Positions 38,900-50,465 of a stretch of DNA of 64,000 bases are shown piece after piece. Position numbers and translations under genes: made by a program. Origin of the DNA: Azolla caroliniana (taxonomy: Eukaryota; Plantae; Polypodiophyta); assembly GCA_043228905.1 (NCBI GenBank), contig JBHGNT010000009.1, positions 19,964,001 through 20,028,000 on the forward strand, read 5' to 3'. Position 1 is the stretch's first letter; every line of letters starts with the position of its first letter. A model generated the notes under the pieces. That model saw nothing but the letters and a program-made list of their open reading frames with translations, made no database searches and had not been told where the DNA came from.

Positions 38900-40357
38900 A
38901 ACCTAGTTTGTCTAAATGGGAACAATGTGAATACGACCATTATACACCTGTATTCGGCACTCTGTAATGGGTGCATACAACAAAAATCTGTAATAGAAAG
39001 AACAAACAAAATACATATTCATACAAAGAGATGTTGGACTAATTGGTTGTACTACTAAATTGGCAAGGACCGAATAATAGAAGCTGACTCGACTAGTCCG
39101 ATTCAAAGCGGATTGTCCGAACTCATCTCTATGTTCGACTCAACTGGATAGATTTCTCCTTAAGCCCATTTGGTGCCTTAGTGATCGTAATTGGTCATCC
39201 AAAAGACACTTGGTTGTCCCATCTACAACGTTGGTGGCCATAGAGATCTTCTCGAGGCCAAGCTTACTTGTAGTTACACAGTCCTGATCGACGTGATACT
39301 GAACGTCAATATGATTCGAGCCATTATGGTGAACCGGGTTCTTTGACAAGGTGACAACACCCTAACTGTCATTGTAGACAATTGGAGCTGAATTGCAGTC
39401 GGTTTATCAAAATGTGCATGTTAACCGACCAAGCCATAAAGCCTCCGTCGTTGCGTCGGATGCAATTGCATATTCAGCCTCCATTGTCAAAGTGCTCGTG
39501 CACTCCTGAAGTTTCGACTTCCACTATATTGCTCTAGCGCCGAATCGGAAGAAATAACCGGTCGTTAACTTTCGATTGTCCAGGCAGCCGATAAAGTCCG
39601 AGTCGGTGTTGTCGACAATGGCAAAGGTTTTGTTCGGGACGAAGAGGATGCCGAGGTCTTTTGTGGCCACTAGGTATTTGAATACATGCTTAGCTGCATT
39701 CCAATGCGATCGGTTGGGGTTGTGCATAAATTTGCTGACAACTCCTACGGCGTGAGCTATGTCAGGTTGTGTCACGACCATCGCATACATCAAGGAGCTG
39801 ATTGTTGGTGCATACTATATTGACTTCATATCTACCATATAGATCTCCTCCTCTAGATCACCATGGAGGAAGGTCTTCTTAACGTCTAACTAAATCAACT
39901 CTAGATCTTCAGCTACCAAAAAGCCGAGCAAAAATCAAAGGGTAGTCATTTTCACGACCGGGAAAATATTTCCTCGAAATCGATGCCATATTCCTGCTAG
40001 AAACCCTTCGCTACTAATATGCCTTTGAATTTGGGACTTGTCGAGTTAGGCGTCTCTTCTAACTTATGGACCCATTTGCATGGGAGAGCATGTCGATTTG
40101 TCAGCAGTTCAACTAAGTCCCAGGTCATGTTGTGCTTAATGGAGTTCATTTCAGACTCCATAGCTAGATGCCAGGTGGTCTTTATATGATGTCGGCTCGT
40201 CAACATCTGTGAAGAAGAGTCTAGGAGAATATCTTTCTAGAGGGTGCGATAGTCTCTCAAATTTTTGGGGAATGATTGGGCTAGCCAAATCAAATAAGCT
40301 AGTCGGATGGTTGGAAGTTGAACTGTTCGTTTGAGTCGAGTCGACACGATCCAAATC
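38900..40357 (-). mobile_element. Decayed relative of the intact Copia (RT-RNase H part and 3' LTR edge)
   Basis: Collinear peptides WHLAMESEM..LPCKWV, DIAHAVGVVSKFMHNP, NPVHH..HIDVQYH; internal RT deletion near 39838; LTR edge GTATTCGGCA ending 38960. Confidence 0.9.
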
Positions 40358-40429
40358 TGTGTTAGGAATAGTACTAGAGAAGGAAAATACTATGATGATT
40401 AGTACTAAGAGGAAGAGAGTGTGTAAGAC

Positions 40430-40491
<62 letters not shown>

Positions 40492-40956
40492 TGATAGTCG
40501 GTGATATATTATATGAAGAGTAAGTACAAGAATAGCTAGGAGGCTTAAGACTAGCGTTGAACCGAATTGGTTCGAAATAATGCCTTGTGCCTCTTTTTAT
40601 AGTGTTGTCAGGAGTACTCTTGAAGTTTCTAGAATGTTCAAGAGAAATCTAGAATATACATCAATTTTCTATAGTGAAATAATAAATAAAAACAATATTT
40701 TTTGTATTACAATGTATAGCTTAATGGTAAGGCTTCAACCCACGTGACACAAGGTCATGGGCTCAAATCCTTTTAATGCCATACCATGCTATATCATGGC
40801 ACTATCCCCCCCTTTAAACAATGAGTATTACGAGTCGTCTTTGATTGAGGACCTGGTTTGTTCGGATATTGACGATGGAAGTCTTCAAGAAGAGCTCGAG
40901 CATTCGCCAAATTCGTCATTGGTTCCCAAGTACACTCGCTTGGACTATATCCAAAC

Positions 40957-41495
40957 CATAGTTCTAGCCATACGTCCCATTCGTGTCATACTCAAACGCC
41001 AATATTCGTATCATACTCATACGTGAAAAGTCTCCAAGTATGATTGAAATCCATACGCGATACATAGATATATACATATGGTGTATATGGTGTACATAAC
41101 GTGTGTGGTCTAGAGAGAGAAACCCTGTTTTGCATGTGTGAGGAGACAGTGATTGAGTGTATATCTAGACTCTAGAGAGAGAGAGAGAGAGGAGCTATGG
41201 GTTTTGTGTGTGAGCGAGTGTGTAATATGTATATTAGATATCTAGATTTTGTAGAGAGAGAAGATCTATCAGTTCTCGTGAGAGAGAGAGAGAGAGTGTG
41301 TGTGTGTGTCAGACGTCACTTCTATTCACAAAGAATTATGAATATCAAAAATTAAAAATACCCACCCCCCCCCCCCAAAAAAAAAACCAAATGAATATCG
41401 CGTATCATACGCGTACGTTTGCAAACGTTCGCGTACGTTTGCAAACGTTCGCGTACGTCCAGTAAATTGGACGTATGAGAATATTAGGAACTATG
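40957..41495. mobile_element. hAT MITE inserted in the chromodomain region
   Basis: TIRs CATAGTTC / GAACTATG; perfect 8-bp TSD ATCCAAAC (40949-40956, 41496-41503). Confidence 0.9.
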
Positions 41496-44400
41496 ATCCA
41501 AACCAATCGACCAAATATTAGAGCTTGTTGCGAACAATCTTGGAGTCGAGGATGGCAGCAACCTGGAACTCAGGTCCATCTTCAAGTTCGATCGGGGGTG
41601 GAGGTGGTGTAATACGATCTGGGATAACGTTGTCTTGATAGGGTTCTAGGAGGGAACTATGAAATACTAGATGTATACATAGTTGCAGAGGAAGATCAAG
41701 GCGAAAAGTAACATCATTAATTTTTCCATTAATACGGAAAGGGCCTAGCCGTTGATAATCGAGTTTGTCACACAGTTGAGTAGTCTTGATGTGCCGTCGT
41801 AATAGCCATACTAGATCTCCAATATTAAAAGGGGATGGAAGCCGATGACGATCCGCATAGTCCTTCTGTGTTTGCCGGGTGTGATGTAGGTGGGTAGATA
41901 GTTCTACCTGAATTCGTCATAACCGCTCCAAATGATCCTCTGCACTAGGATTTGTGGGTAACTCAAGAGTTTCTAACATACACTAGTGAGGATGATAGTC
42001 GATATAAGCGTAGAATGGTGAAAACCTAGTAGAGGAGTGGGTAGAATTATTATAAGCAAATTTAGCAAAATGTAGAATGTCCGCCCAATCATCCTGTTGA
42101 TAGGTTAGGAAACACCGAAGATATTGTGGTACGTTCAGCTTGTCCATCTGTTTGGGGATGATAGCCGAAGGAGAGGTTGCAAGTGACCTTCAGCATTTTA
42201 AAGAGATGCTTCCAAAATTTAGAGACAAATTGCGGTCCACGATCACTGATGATATTGTCGGGAAGACCATGGTGTCGAAATACTTCACGCATAACAATTC
42301 CAGTGGTTTCTTCACTAGTAATTTCTTTAGTACAGGGCATGAAATGTGTCATCTTAGTAAATTGATCTACCATTGTTAGGATTGCATTGAAACCCCTCGA
42401 ATCCGGAAGATCTGTGGTAAAATCAAGAGAAATAGATTGTGATGGTTTGCTTGGGATCACCAATGGCTCCAACAAATCATATGGATTATGTCTCGGCATT
42501 GTCGCTCTACAACATGTATCACATGTCCGAACATACTCTTCGACAAATTTTCGAATACGGGGCCACCAAAATGATAATTGTACTAAATCCAATGTTCTTC
42601 TGTATACGTGTCATGAAAATTTTGTACTATTCAAAGGTGGCAAGAACCATTGGGAACATACAAAAGTTTCTTAAAGAAGAGTAATCCATTATGACATTCG
42701 AATTGCTGATAATCTTTACCTGGTTGTTGTGATCGTGAACAAGATGCCCGAGAAGAATCGACTTGATCTAGAATAGCTTGAGTGAAAACATCTGTCTTCA
42801 AATCTTCACGTATGGTGTCGATAATGCAGGAATCGAATGGAGTGTCAAAGACCCACGTCGTGTCGGTCCCATTGATTGTCGAAGGCAGGATCACTAGGAC
42901 GAGGAGCTAGATACGAGCATCGTGATAATGCATCCACCTTCCCTTGTTGCTTGCCCGGTCGATATGTAATCTTAAAATCAAAATGAGTGAGGAACTGGGC
43001 CCACCGAGCTTGTTGTCTATTTAACACGGGAGTATTTTGAAAGTAGGCAAGATTCTTGTGATCACGGAATGAAATGACTTGATGAGGAGATCCTTCTAAA
43101 AAATGCCTCCATTGTGCAAAAGAGTCCATGATTGCTAATAGCTCCTTGTCATGTATCTCGTAGTTGATTTCGGCGGCGTCAAATTTGCGTGAGTGAAATG
43201 CCAAGGGATGTAGCTTCTCATCGTCGCCTTGTTGTGATAAAATACTACCTAGGGCGAAATTTGGCGCGTCTACCTCCATGATAAATGGTTTTTGCGGATC
43301 AACATGAGCTAAAACAGGAGCCGATGTATAAATGCTTTCTTGAGACCCTCAAAAGTTGTGTTCGCTTCCTTAGACCAAACAAACGATTGACCCTTCTTTG
43401 TAAGCTGTGTGAGCGGGAAAATAAGCTTTCAGTAGTCTTGTGTAAACTTGCGATAGAAGTTTGTGAATCCTAGAAAGCATTGCACATCTCGCAACGAACG
43501 TGGAGTCTACCACTCTAGCACAGTTTGGACTTTAACCGGATCCATCGAGATGCCTTCCGAGGAAATGACATAGCCGAGAAATTTCACCTGGCTACAGTCA
43601 AAACTACACTTCTCCAGCTTTGCATAAAGACCATGTTATCGTAGTTGTCCTAGTACTAATAGTACATGAAAATCATGCTCCTCTTGTGTCTTTGAATAAA
43701 CTAGCAAATTATTCAAGTAGATGATTAAACAGATGTCCAAAAGATCTCGGAATATATCATTTGCCATGTGTTGGAAGACTGTTGGCGTATTGGTGAGGCC
43801 AAATGGCATAACCGTATACTCGAAGTGCCCATATTGGGTGCAGAAAGTTGTCTTCCATTCGTCTCTGGGTCGAATCCGTACGAGGTTATATGCTCCTTGT
43901 AAGTCGATTTTTGTGAAAAACTTGGCGCCATTAATCCTTTCTAAAAGACTCGAGATCAAGGGAGTGCATACCTATTCCTGATGGTGGCCTTATTCAAGCC
44001 ACGACACAACTAGATGAAGTGAGCCATCTTTTTTCTTGACGAAGAAAATGGGTGCACCGGATGGAGATTTCAAATGTCGAATGAACTCGTTTGCCAAATT
44101 TTCCTCTATGTAAGCTCGAAGAACTTCAAGCTCTGTTGGTGACAAGTTGTAGATTGGTCCCCACAGTGGCTCTTTTCCTGGTTGTAAATAAATGGGACAA
44201 TCATACGGTCGATGATGAGGAAGAGTACTAGCTTTTACCTTATCAAAAACGTTGGCGTAATGATGATACTTTTTTGGAGGTTGAATTGTTGACTCCTCCT
44301 TAGCAGTGTTGGAAGGTTTCACTGATACTGCAAATACAAACATTGATTCAGTGCGTCCTTCCTCACGCATTTGATTTAGCGAAATGGTTGAAACCTTATG

Positions 44401-45151
44401 AGTAGGTTCTTGGGGTTGTCGATACCTGATTTCTCTTGTTCTCCAATCTATGTCCGGATTGTGTAATTCGAACCACGATAACCCCAAAACAATGGGATGT
44501 TCTGGACTACTAATTATATTAAACGATACTACACAGGCCAAACTATCTAGGACAATACTAATTGGCTCTAACTCTTCTATGATATTTCCAAAACCAATGG
44601 GACGACCATCAATGACTACTACAGATGTTGGCTAGGGAAGTTTTCTTAGGGATATTTGATGAGCTTGCGCAAAATTCCTACCCATGAAGCAAGAATTAGC
44701 TCCGGAATCTAAGAGTGCTAAGATATGTATTGGAGGGGTACTTTTAGTACCAATTGTTACTTGAGCTAAGAACATATTGCTAACTTGCTTAGAGGGAATG
44801 GAACCACAAATGGGTTGCACAGGTCTAGGGTTGTCCAACCAAACGATTCCTATTTTGGTTGGACTTAGTCGTTTAACTCTTCTTCTAACTGACTAAGGAC
44901 ATCAAATTTGTTTGATAGACTTTGGTTATTAGTACTATTAGGACTATCAGATATTCATATTGAAATAGACTCGGGTTTAGTACAATTAGTACTAGCGACT
45001 ATTTGGTTTACCTCTCTTCTTGGCCTATGGGGACAATTCACTACAATATGCCCTGATCCACCACAATAAAGACATAGTCGATTTTCACGGCGTCGCTACT
45101 TTTCCTCTTCCGATAATGGTCCGCGATGACGTGTGGTGTCAAATTCCATCG

Positions 45152-45909
45152 TGTTGGTAGACAGGTCCCTCCGGATGGGAAGTGAGAAGACCAGTGCCGA
45201 CGAACAAACTCGGCCGAAACGGTATGAACCGGATGAGGAGTACCCGACTGCGGAGAGTCGGATGGTGTAGGCCCGGTATGAACTGGATGAGGAGTACCCT
45301 ACTGCGGAGAGTCGGATGGTGTAGGCCCGGTATGAACCGGATGAGGAGTACCCGACTGCGGAGAGTCGGATGGTGTAGGCCCGGTATGAACCGGATGAGG
45401 AGTACCCGACTGCGGAGAGCCGGATGGAGAGTACCCGACTGCGGAGAGCCGGATGGAGCCCATCGAGGCTACATTTGTAAATAGCCGAAAAGTCATATTA
45501 GTATAAATATGACTTAGGGCAAACTTTTAGTGGAAAAGTTGTTGTCGTTTTATGTTGTTATTATTCCTTCTTGTTGGTGCAAGAAGAAATTAGAGCGCGT
45601 AACTGTACAGAGAGAGAGAGAGAGAGAGACGAGGTCGCTGCCTCTGTTGTAACCGCCGCCTGTGGCGAAGATCTGTGAGCACGAGGTCGTTGCCTCAGTG
45701 ATCTCACTGTTGTATATCTCTACATAGTGACAGTTTGCAGCTTGTGGGCTGCCGTGGTTTTTCCCCTATCTTGGGGTTTTCCACGTATACCTCCTGTGTA
45801 CCATTCCTCCTCTTTTGTGTCGCGTTCCATTACCTGTTTTTTTTCTGTGTATGTAAAGAATCTCGGTTGTGGCCGAGCGTCGAACATAAGGAACGTCAAG
45901 TTCCCAACA
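45152..45909 (+). mobile_element. Solo LTR inserted in chromovirus gag
   Basis: TGTTGG..CCAACA termini; TSD CATCG; TATAAATA near 45503; splits the gag PTPM|EFD motif. Confidence 0.92.
45219..45455. repeat. 54-bp tandem repeat (~4 copies) in LTR U3
   Basis: Unit ccggtatgaaccggatgaggagtacccgactgcggagagtcggatggtgtaggc, head to tail with no spacers. Confidence 0.92.
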
Positions 45910-46824
45910 CATCGGAGTTGGAGTATTTGCTGGAGACGCATTATATGACTCCCTTGGAAAAGGTTTTCGTACAACTAAGGCGTAGGTGGGCTCTGATCTT
46001 GTCCTTGGCATCTGGAACTGACGTTCCAAACGTCGTTAAAAAAGGTGGTTATCGCATCGTACCGCGCAACTGATTTATTCTATCAATGACTTTGGCTCTT
46101 CAGGGAAAGTCAAGAGTAAATCCTTGACATCATTACGTAGGCCATAACAAAATTGCTCCATTAATGTCTAGTCATCCCAGGGAATATTAGTGGAGAGAAG
46201 ATGGAAATCTTTAACATAAGTTGAGGTTGGCCGATCATCTTGGCGAAATCTTCAGATTTTATTGATTGCCGTCCTAACACTGTCGGTATCTCCAAAACAA
46301 GCTTTAAAATCGCGAATAAACTTTTCAAAATTATTTAACAAGGGAGAGCTTTTTTCTAAAAGGGGGGCGAACCATGCCAAAGCCATGCCACTAAGTAGCG
46401 TACCTATTAGTTCCACTCATGATGCATCGGTGGGATATCGAGAAGGATGCATTTGAATCACTAAACATACCTCATTAAGAAAACCTCTAAATTGTGATCG
46501 GGTCCCATCAAATTTCATAGGAAAACTGATCTTGGGTTCTTTGTGAGTCCCTTGAGCGCTTGATCCTTGTTGTTGTAATAATACAATAGTCGCTTCAAGT
46601 TGTTGCACACGTAATGTCAGCTCCCCTTGTTGTTGTTGTTTTTCTAGAGCTATTTGTTGAAGATCCCCCAACAGACGGTGATTTTCTTGTTCTAGTGCTA
46701 CAAACTTCTCTGTTAAGCACTGGAGCTCCGAGAAAACAGATTGGTATGCTTGAGCGCTAACAATTGCCATTTACTAGGGAGGATAAGAGGATTAGTATGA
46801 AGGGAAGGAGGGATAAGAGGATGA

Positions 46825-47505
46825 CTGAATTCGGTTCAAATGTGTTTACGAACGAACATTTTGTCCATAAAACACGTAGTTGCCCTAGAATCGAGAAGTG
46901 CTAAGGACCTAATTGAAATAGACTTGAAATGGATGCTTACCGGGAAGGATAAATCTTCTATCGATGTAGCCGAACTATGGGAGCAACACAAATGTAGATT
47001 GCCCAACCACATGGCCCCTACTGTAATTGGATACCGTTAGTTTTTGGTTGTTGGGGCCGTCTAGTCGTATTGTTTGTAGATAATTGTCATTGATTATTCT
47101 TGATTGGGCAAAAACGAATTAGATGGGTGGATGCACCACAATATAAACATAGTCCGTTGGATCGGCGATACCTCCGTTCAGGCTCGGTGAGTGGCGGGAC
47201 GCGAGCTCGATCAATTTCCATCGGCACAGGGTCATCGTATGATGATGATAGAGGAGATCTCGAAGAGGGTTACCACCTTGAAGTTGCTCGTTCCTCTTGA
47301 CGAAGCTCAAACAACTGATTGTCACAACTAACTACTTGTGTGATGGTTTGCCACAATGATGTAGGCTTCGGAAAGTTGAGTAGTAAATTTTTAATCTCGC
47401 TTCGAAGGCCCCAACAAAAATGGTCGCAAAGCGGTTGGCCATCCCACTAAACATCAGGTCATGGGTTCAACCCCCTACATTCCATGTGGCATCCCATCTA
47501 TGATA
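46825..47505 (-). mobile_element. Deleted chromovirus fragment: first ~49 bp of LTR fused to gag C-terminus and start of pol
   Basis: 47505-47457 matches the start of the 54708 LTR; gag PVPMEID..CLYCGASTHLIRFC similar to 58600-59030. Confidence 0.75.
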
Positions 47506-49440
47506 GGAACCTAGAACTCAATTGGCATGACGACTTCTAAACCAAATACCAACCGAAAAGGTGTGGACTTTATACTCGTTTTAAAGGTGGTACGATATGC
47601 CCAGAGTGCACTATGCAGCTTGTCATCCCGATCAGTGCGATTTTCGTTTACGATTTTCTTTAGGATGGTCTGCAACGTCTTGGTTTTCAACTCAGTCATG
47701 CCATTTGCTTGCGGATAATACAATGTGCTTTTCTTATGGACCACCGCGTAGTGCATTGTGAGCCCCCGAATAGTTTTGTTAATGAAATGTCCCCCTTGGT
47801 TGATGACGAGCTCGATCGGGCAGCCAAAACGGCACCATAAGTATTCTTAAATAAATTTAGTTGTAGTAGCCGCTATGTTGTCTCGAAGCGCTTTTGCTTC
47901 GACCCACTCGGTACAATAATCGGTCGCAACGATAATATATTTATTGCCTGTGCGGGCTGCGATCAGCTTGAATGGGTCGACAAAATCCAAACCCCGCTTC
48001 TGGAATGGTTCAAGCAGAAGAATCAGTTGGTGGGGCATTTGTGCTTGCTCGATAGGTTGCCCCATGCGTTGGCATAGGTCACATTGACAACAGAATTCGT
48101 GACCATCCTTCTACGTAGTCGGCCACCATAAACCGCTTTGCCAAACTTTCCGAGCCGTTGCATCTCCAACATAATGTCCGCCAACTACCCCATAATGGGC
48201 CTCTTGGAAGATGGCATCTTTTTTGAACTTTCGAAAAGCTCAGCGCTAGATACCGTCCGAGCCCTTGTGGTAGAGTGTGTCGGCCAACAAGCAAAATGTT
48301 TGACTTCGGACTGCCAACCGCTTCTTTGCATCCAAGGGTAGGTGCTCGGGTGGAAGCCTAGTGCTAAGGAAATATATTATTTAGTCTATCAACTTGTCCT
48401 TGGACTCGAGATTCGATATGGCGGGGTTGATTCCGAAAATGTCAGCATCAAGGAGATCGTCATACACAGTTTCGGCTAACTCCCCCGATTCAAGTCAACT
48501 GAGATAGTTGGCTACCACGTGTTGTACCCCAGGGCGATGGTGTATGTCGAATTTGAATTCTTGCAAGAGAAACATCCATCTTGCCAATCTTCCCATTAGG
48601 GACTGCTTGGTGACCAAGTATAACAGGGCTGAGTGATCAATGTGGAACGTAAATTTTCGGCCGAGTAGATAGTGTTGAAACTTTGTTATGTTGTATATCA
48701 TTCCAAGCGCTTCGTGTTCCATGGTTGAATAATTCTTTTCGGCCTCCGAGAGACGTCAGCTCGCATAGTAAACTGGCTGGCACCAATTTGGGGGCGTCAT
48801 TTGCATTAGAGAACTCCCGATAGCCACGTCAGAGGCGTCGACGAATACGTGGAATGGTTGTGACTAATCGGGGGATTGCACAACCGGCACATGGGTCAGC
48901 ATAACCTTGAGAGCCTTGTATGCTTCATCTTCTGTTTTTGTCCATTTAAAGGGTGTTCTATGTACTGTTGCATGTAGAGTGTTGCGAACTCGGCCACTAA
49001 TGCAACGTTCAATTATGCCATTGAATCTGCCCCAAAAATCGGCTCAAGGCCTTCACGGTAGTTGGGGCTGGAGCAGGCTGGATGACATTCACTTTATTGG
49101 GGTCCATTGCGATCCCCTCTCGGCTGACGATATGTCCCAGTAGGGCACCGCTAGAGACGTTAAACGCGTATTTCGTGGGGTTAAGGTTGAGCCGAGCTTG
49201 TTAGCAACGATCTAAACAGAGCCGTAACTAGTCGAGATGCTCAACTTGCCGTCCATAAACCACAAAATCTTCAAGGAAGACTTGCATGAATGTCGGAATA
49301 TATTCGTCGAAAATTTCGGCGTTGATTTGTTGGAATGTCAACCCGAACATAATTACAACCACCACGAAAACACCCCACTCGGTTACGAAGGTCGTGTTTT
49401 CCTGGTCGTCAGGGTGCATGCGGATCTAATTGTATCTGTT
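47506..49440 (-). mobile_element. Non-chromovirus Gypsy (Athila/Tat-like) RT-RNase H-IN remnant
   Basis: [80 protein letters not shown]. Confidence 0.85.
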
Positions 49441-50465
49441 TGTTGAGAGATCAAGCTCAACTTAGTTTAGTTAATTAGTCAACAATGTAATTTCGTAGTT
49501 ACCTAGATAGAATCTAGTTAGAAGTGTTGACTATAACGCCTTAAATAGGACCTTGTACTTAAGTGGGATATTCTAGATCCTCCACTCCTAAGTACATTTA
49601 ATATAGAACTTACACATTAGTATCTATATTCTACTCACACATGTGCACCTTTGCACATGAGATGTATATATACCTCATTGTGGGTATTTTTGTATTTGAT
49701 GATGATGATAATGCTAATTTAATATACTTACTCATCCCCCATCTTGTGTTGTATCTCTCTCTCTCTCTCTCTCTTTCTGTCACACACATACACACACATA
49801 TCACATAATCTTCCACTTATCAACTAATCACATAATTAGGTACTATTTAACCGTTAATTACTTACCTAATTATTAACATGGTATCAGAGCGTGTGGTTTA
49901 GCACATCCACTAAGCCCATCCGCCTCTTCATAATTGTGTGTTCGAAATGCCAATGACAAATTTCGACTATCCGCTACCGTAGTGCCGCTACATAGCACGT
50001 GTACGTGATCGAAGGAAGAAAAGCAAAAGAAGAGAAGACACAATCAACATGAACACACAAATGGGTAGCTCCCTCCCTAGTGAAAAGCTAGACCGGAGCA
50101 ATTATTCATCTTGGGAGTACAAGATGACCCAATACCTCGTCGGACAAGGGTATTGGAGCTACATCAACGGTGCTCAAGAAAATTGACCCGACTCAAAGAA
50201 CGCCGGCTACGCAACATGGGAGCAAGCGGCGAGTCGAGTCATGTATTGCTTGGCAACATGTGTCCACCACCACATGCTTAGCCACATTCGAGACGCCAAG
50301 ACGCCTAAAGAAGCGTGGGCGAACTTAAAGAAAATGTTCGCCGCCAACACGACCGCCCGAAAGCTTTAACTTCGACAAGAGTTGAACAACATTCGGCAAA
50401 AAGACATGTCTGTGTCGGAATACACCGCCAAGATCAAGAGCATTTGCAACTTGCTTGGCTCCGTC
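49441..50465 (+). mobile_element. 5' part of a Copia element: LTR 49441-49878, PBS, truncated gag
   Basis: TGTTGA..TTAACA followed by TGGTATCAGAGC; gag EKLDRSNYSSWEYKM..GQGYWSYI, ELNNIRQKDMSVSEY. Confidence 0.9.

Larger units (their letters stand above)
40360..46820 (-). mobile_element. Ty3/Gypsy chromovirus (Tcn1-like), decayed; 3' LTR 40360-40801, 5' LTR not seen
   Basis: gag 46770-44865 (KFDGTRSQFRGFL, CLYCGGSGHIVVNC), [67 protein letters not shown], chromodomain region; PPT 40802-40815. Confidence 0.92.

Noticed and set aside
45219-45455. CRISPR-like array or repetitive 100-aa protein
   Set aside because: Head-to-tail 54-bp units with no unique spacers, inside a TSD-flanked solo LTR in a eukaryotic context.
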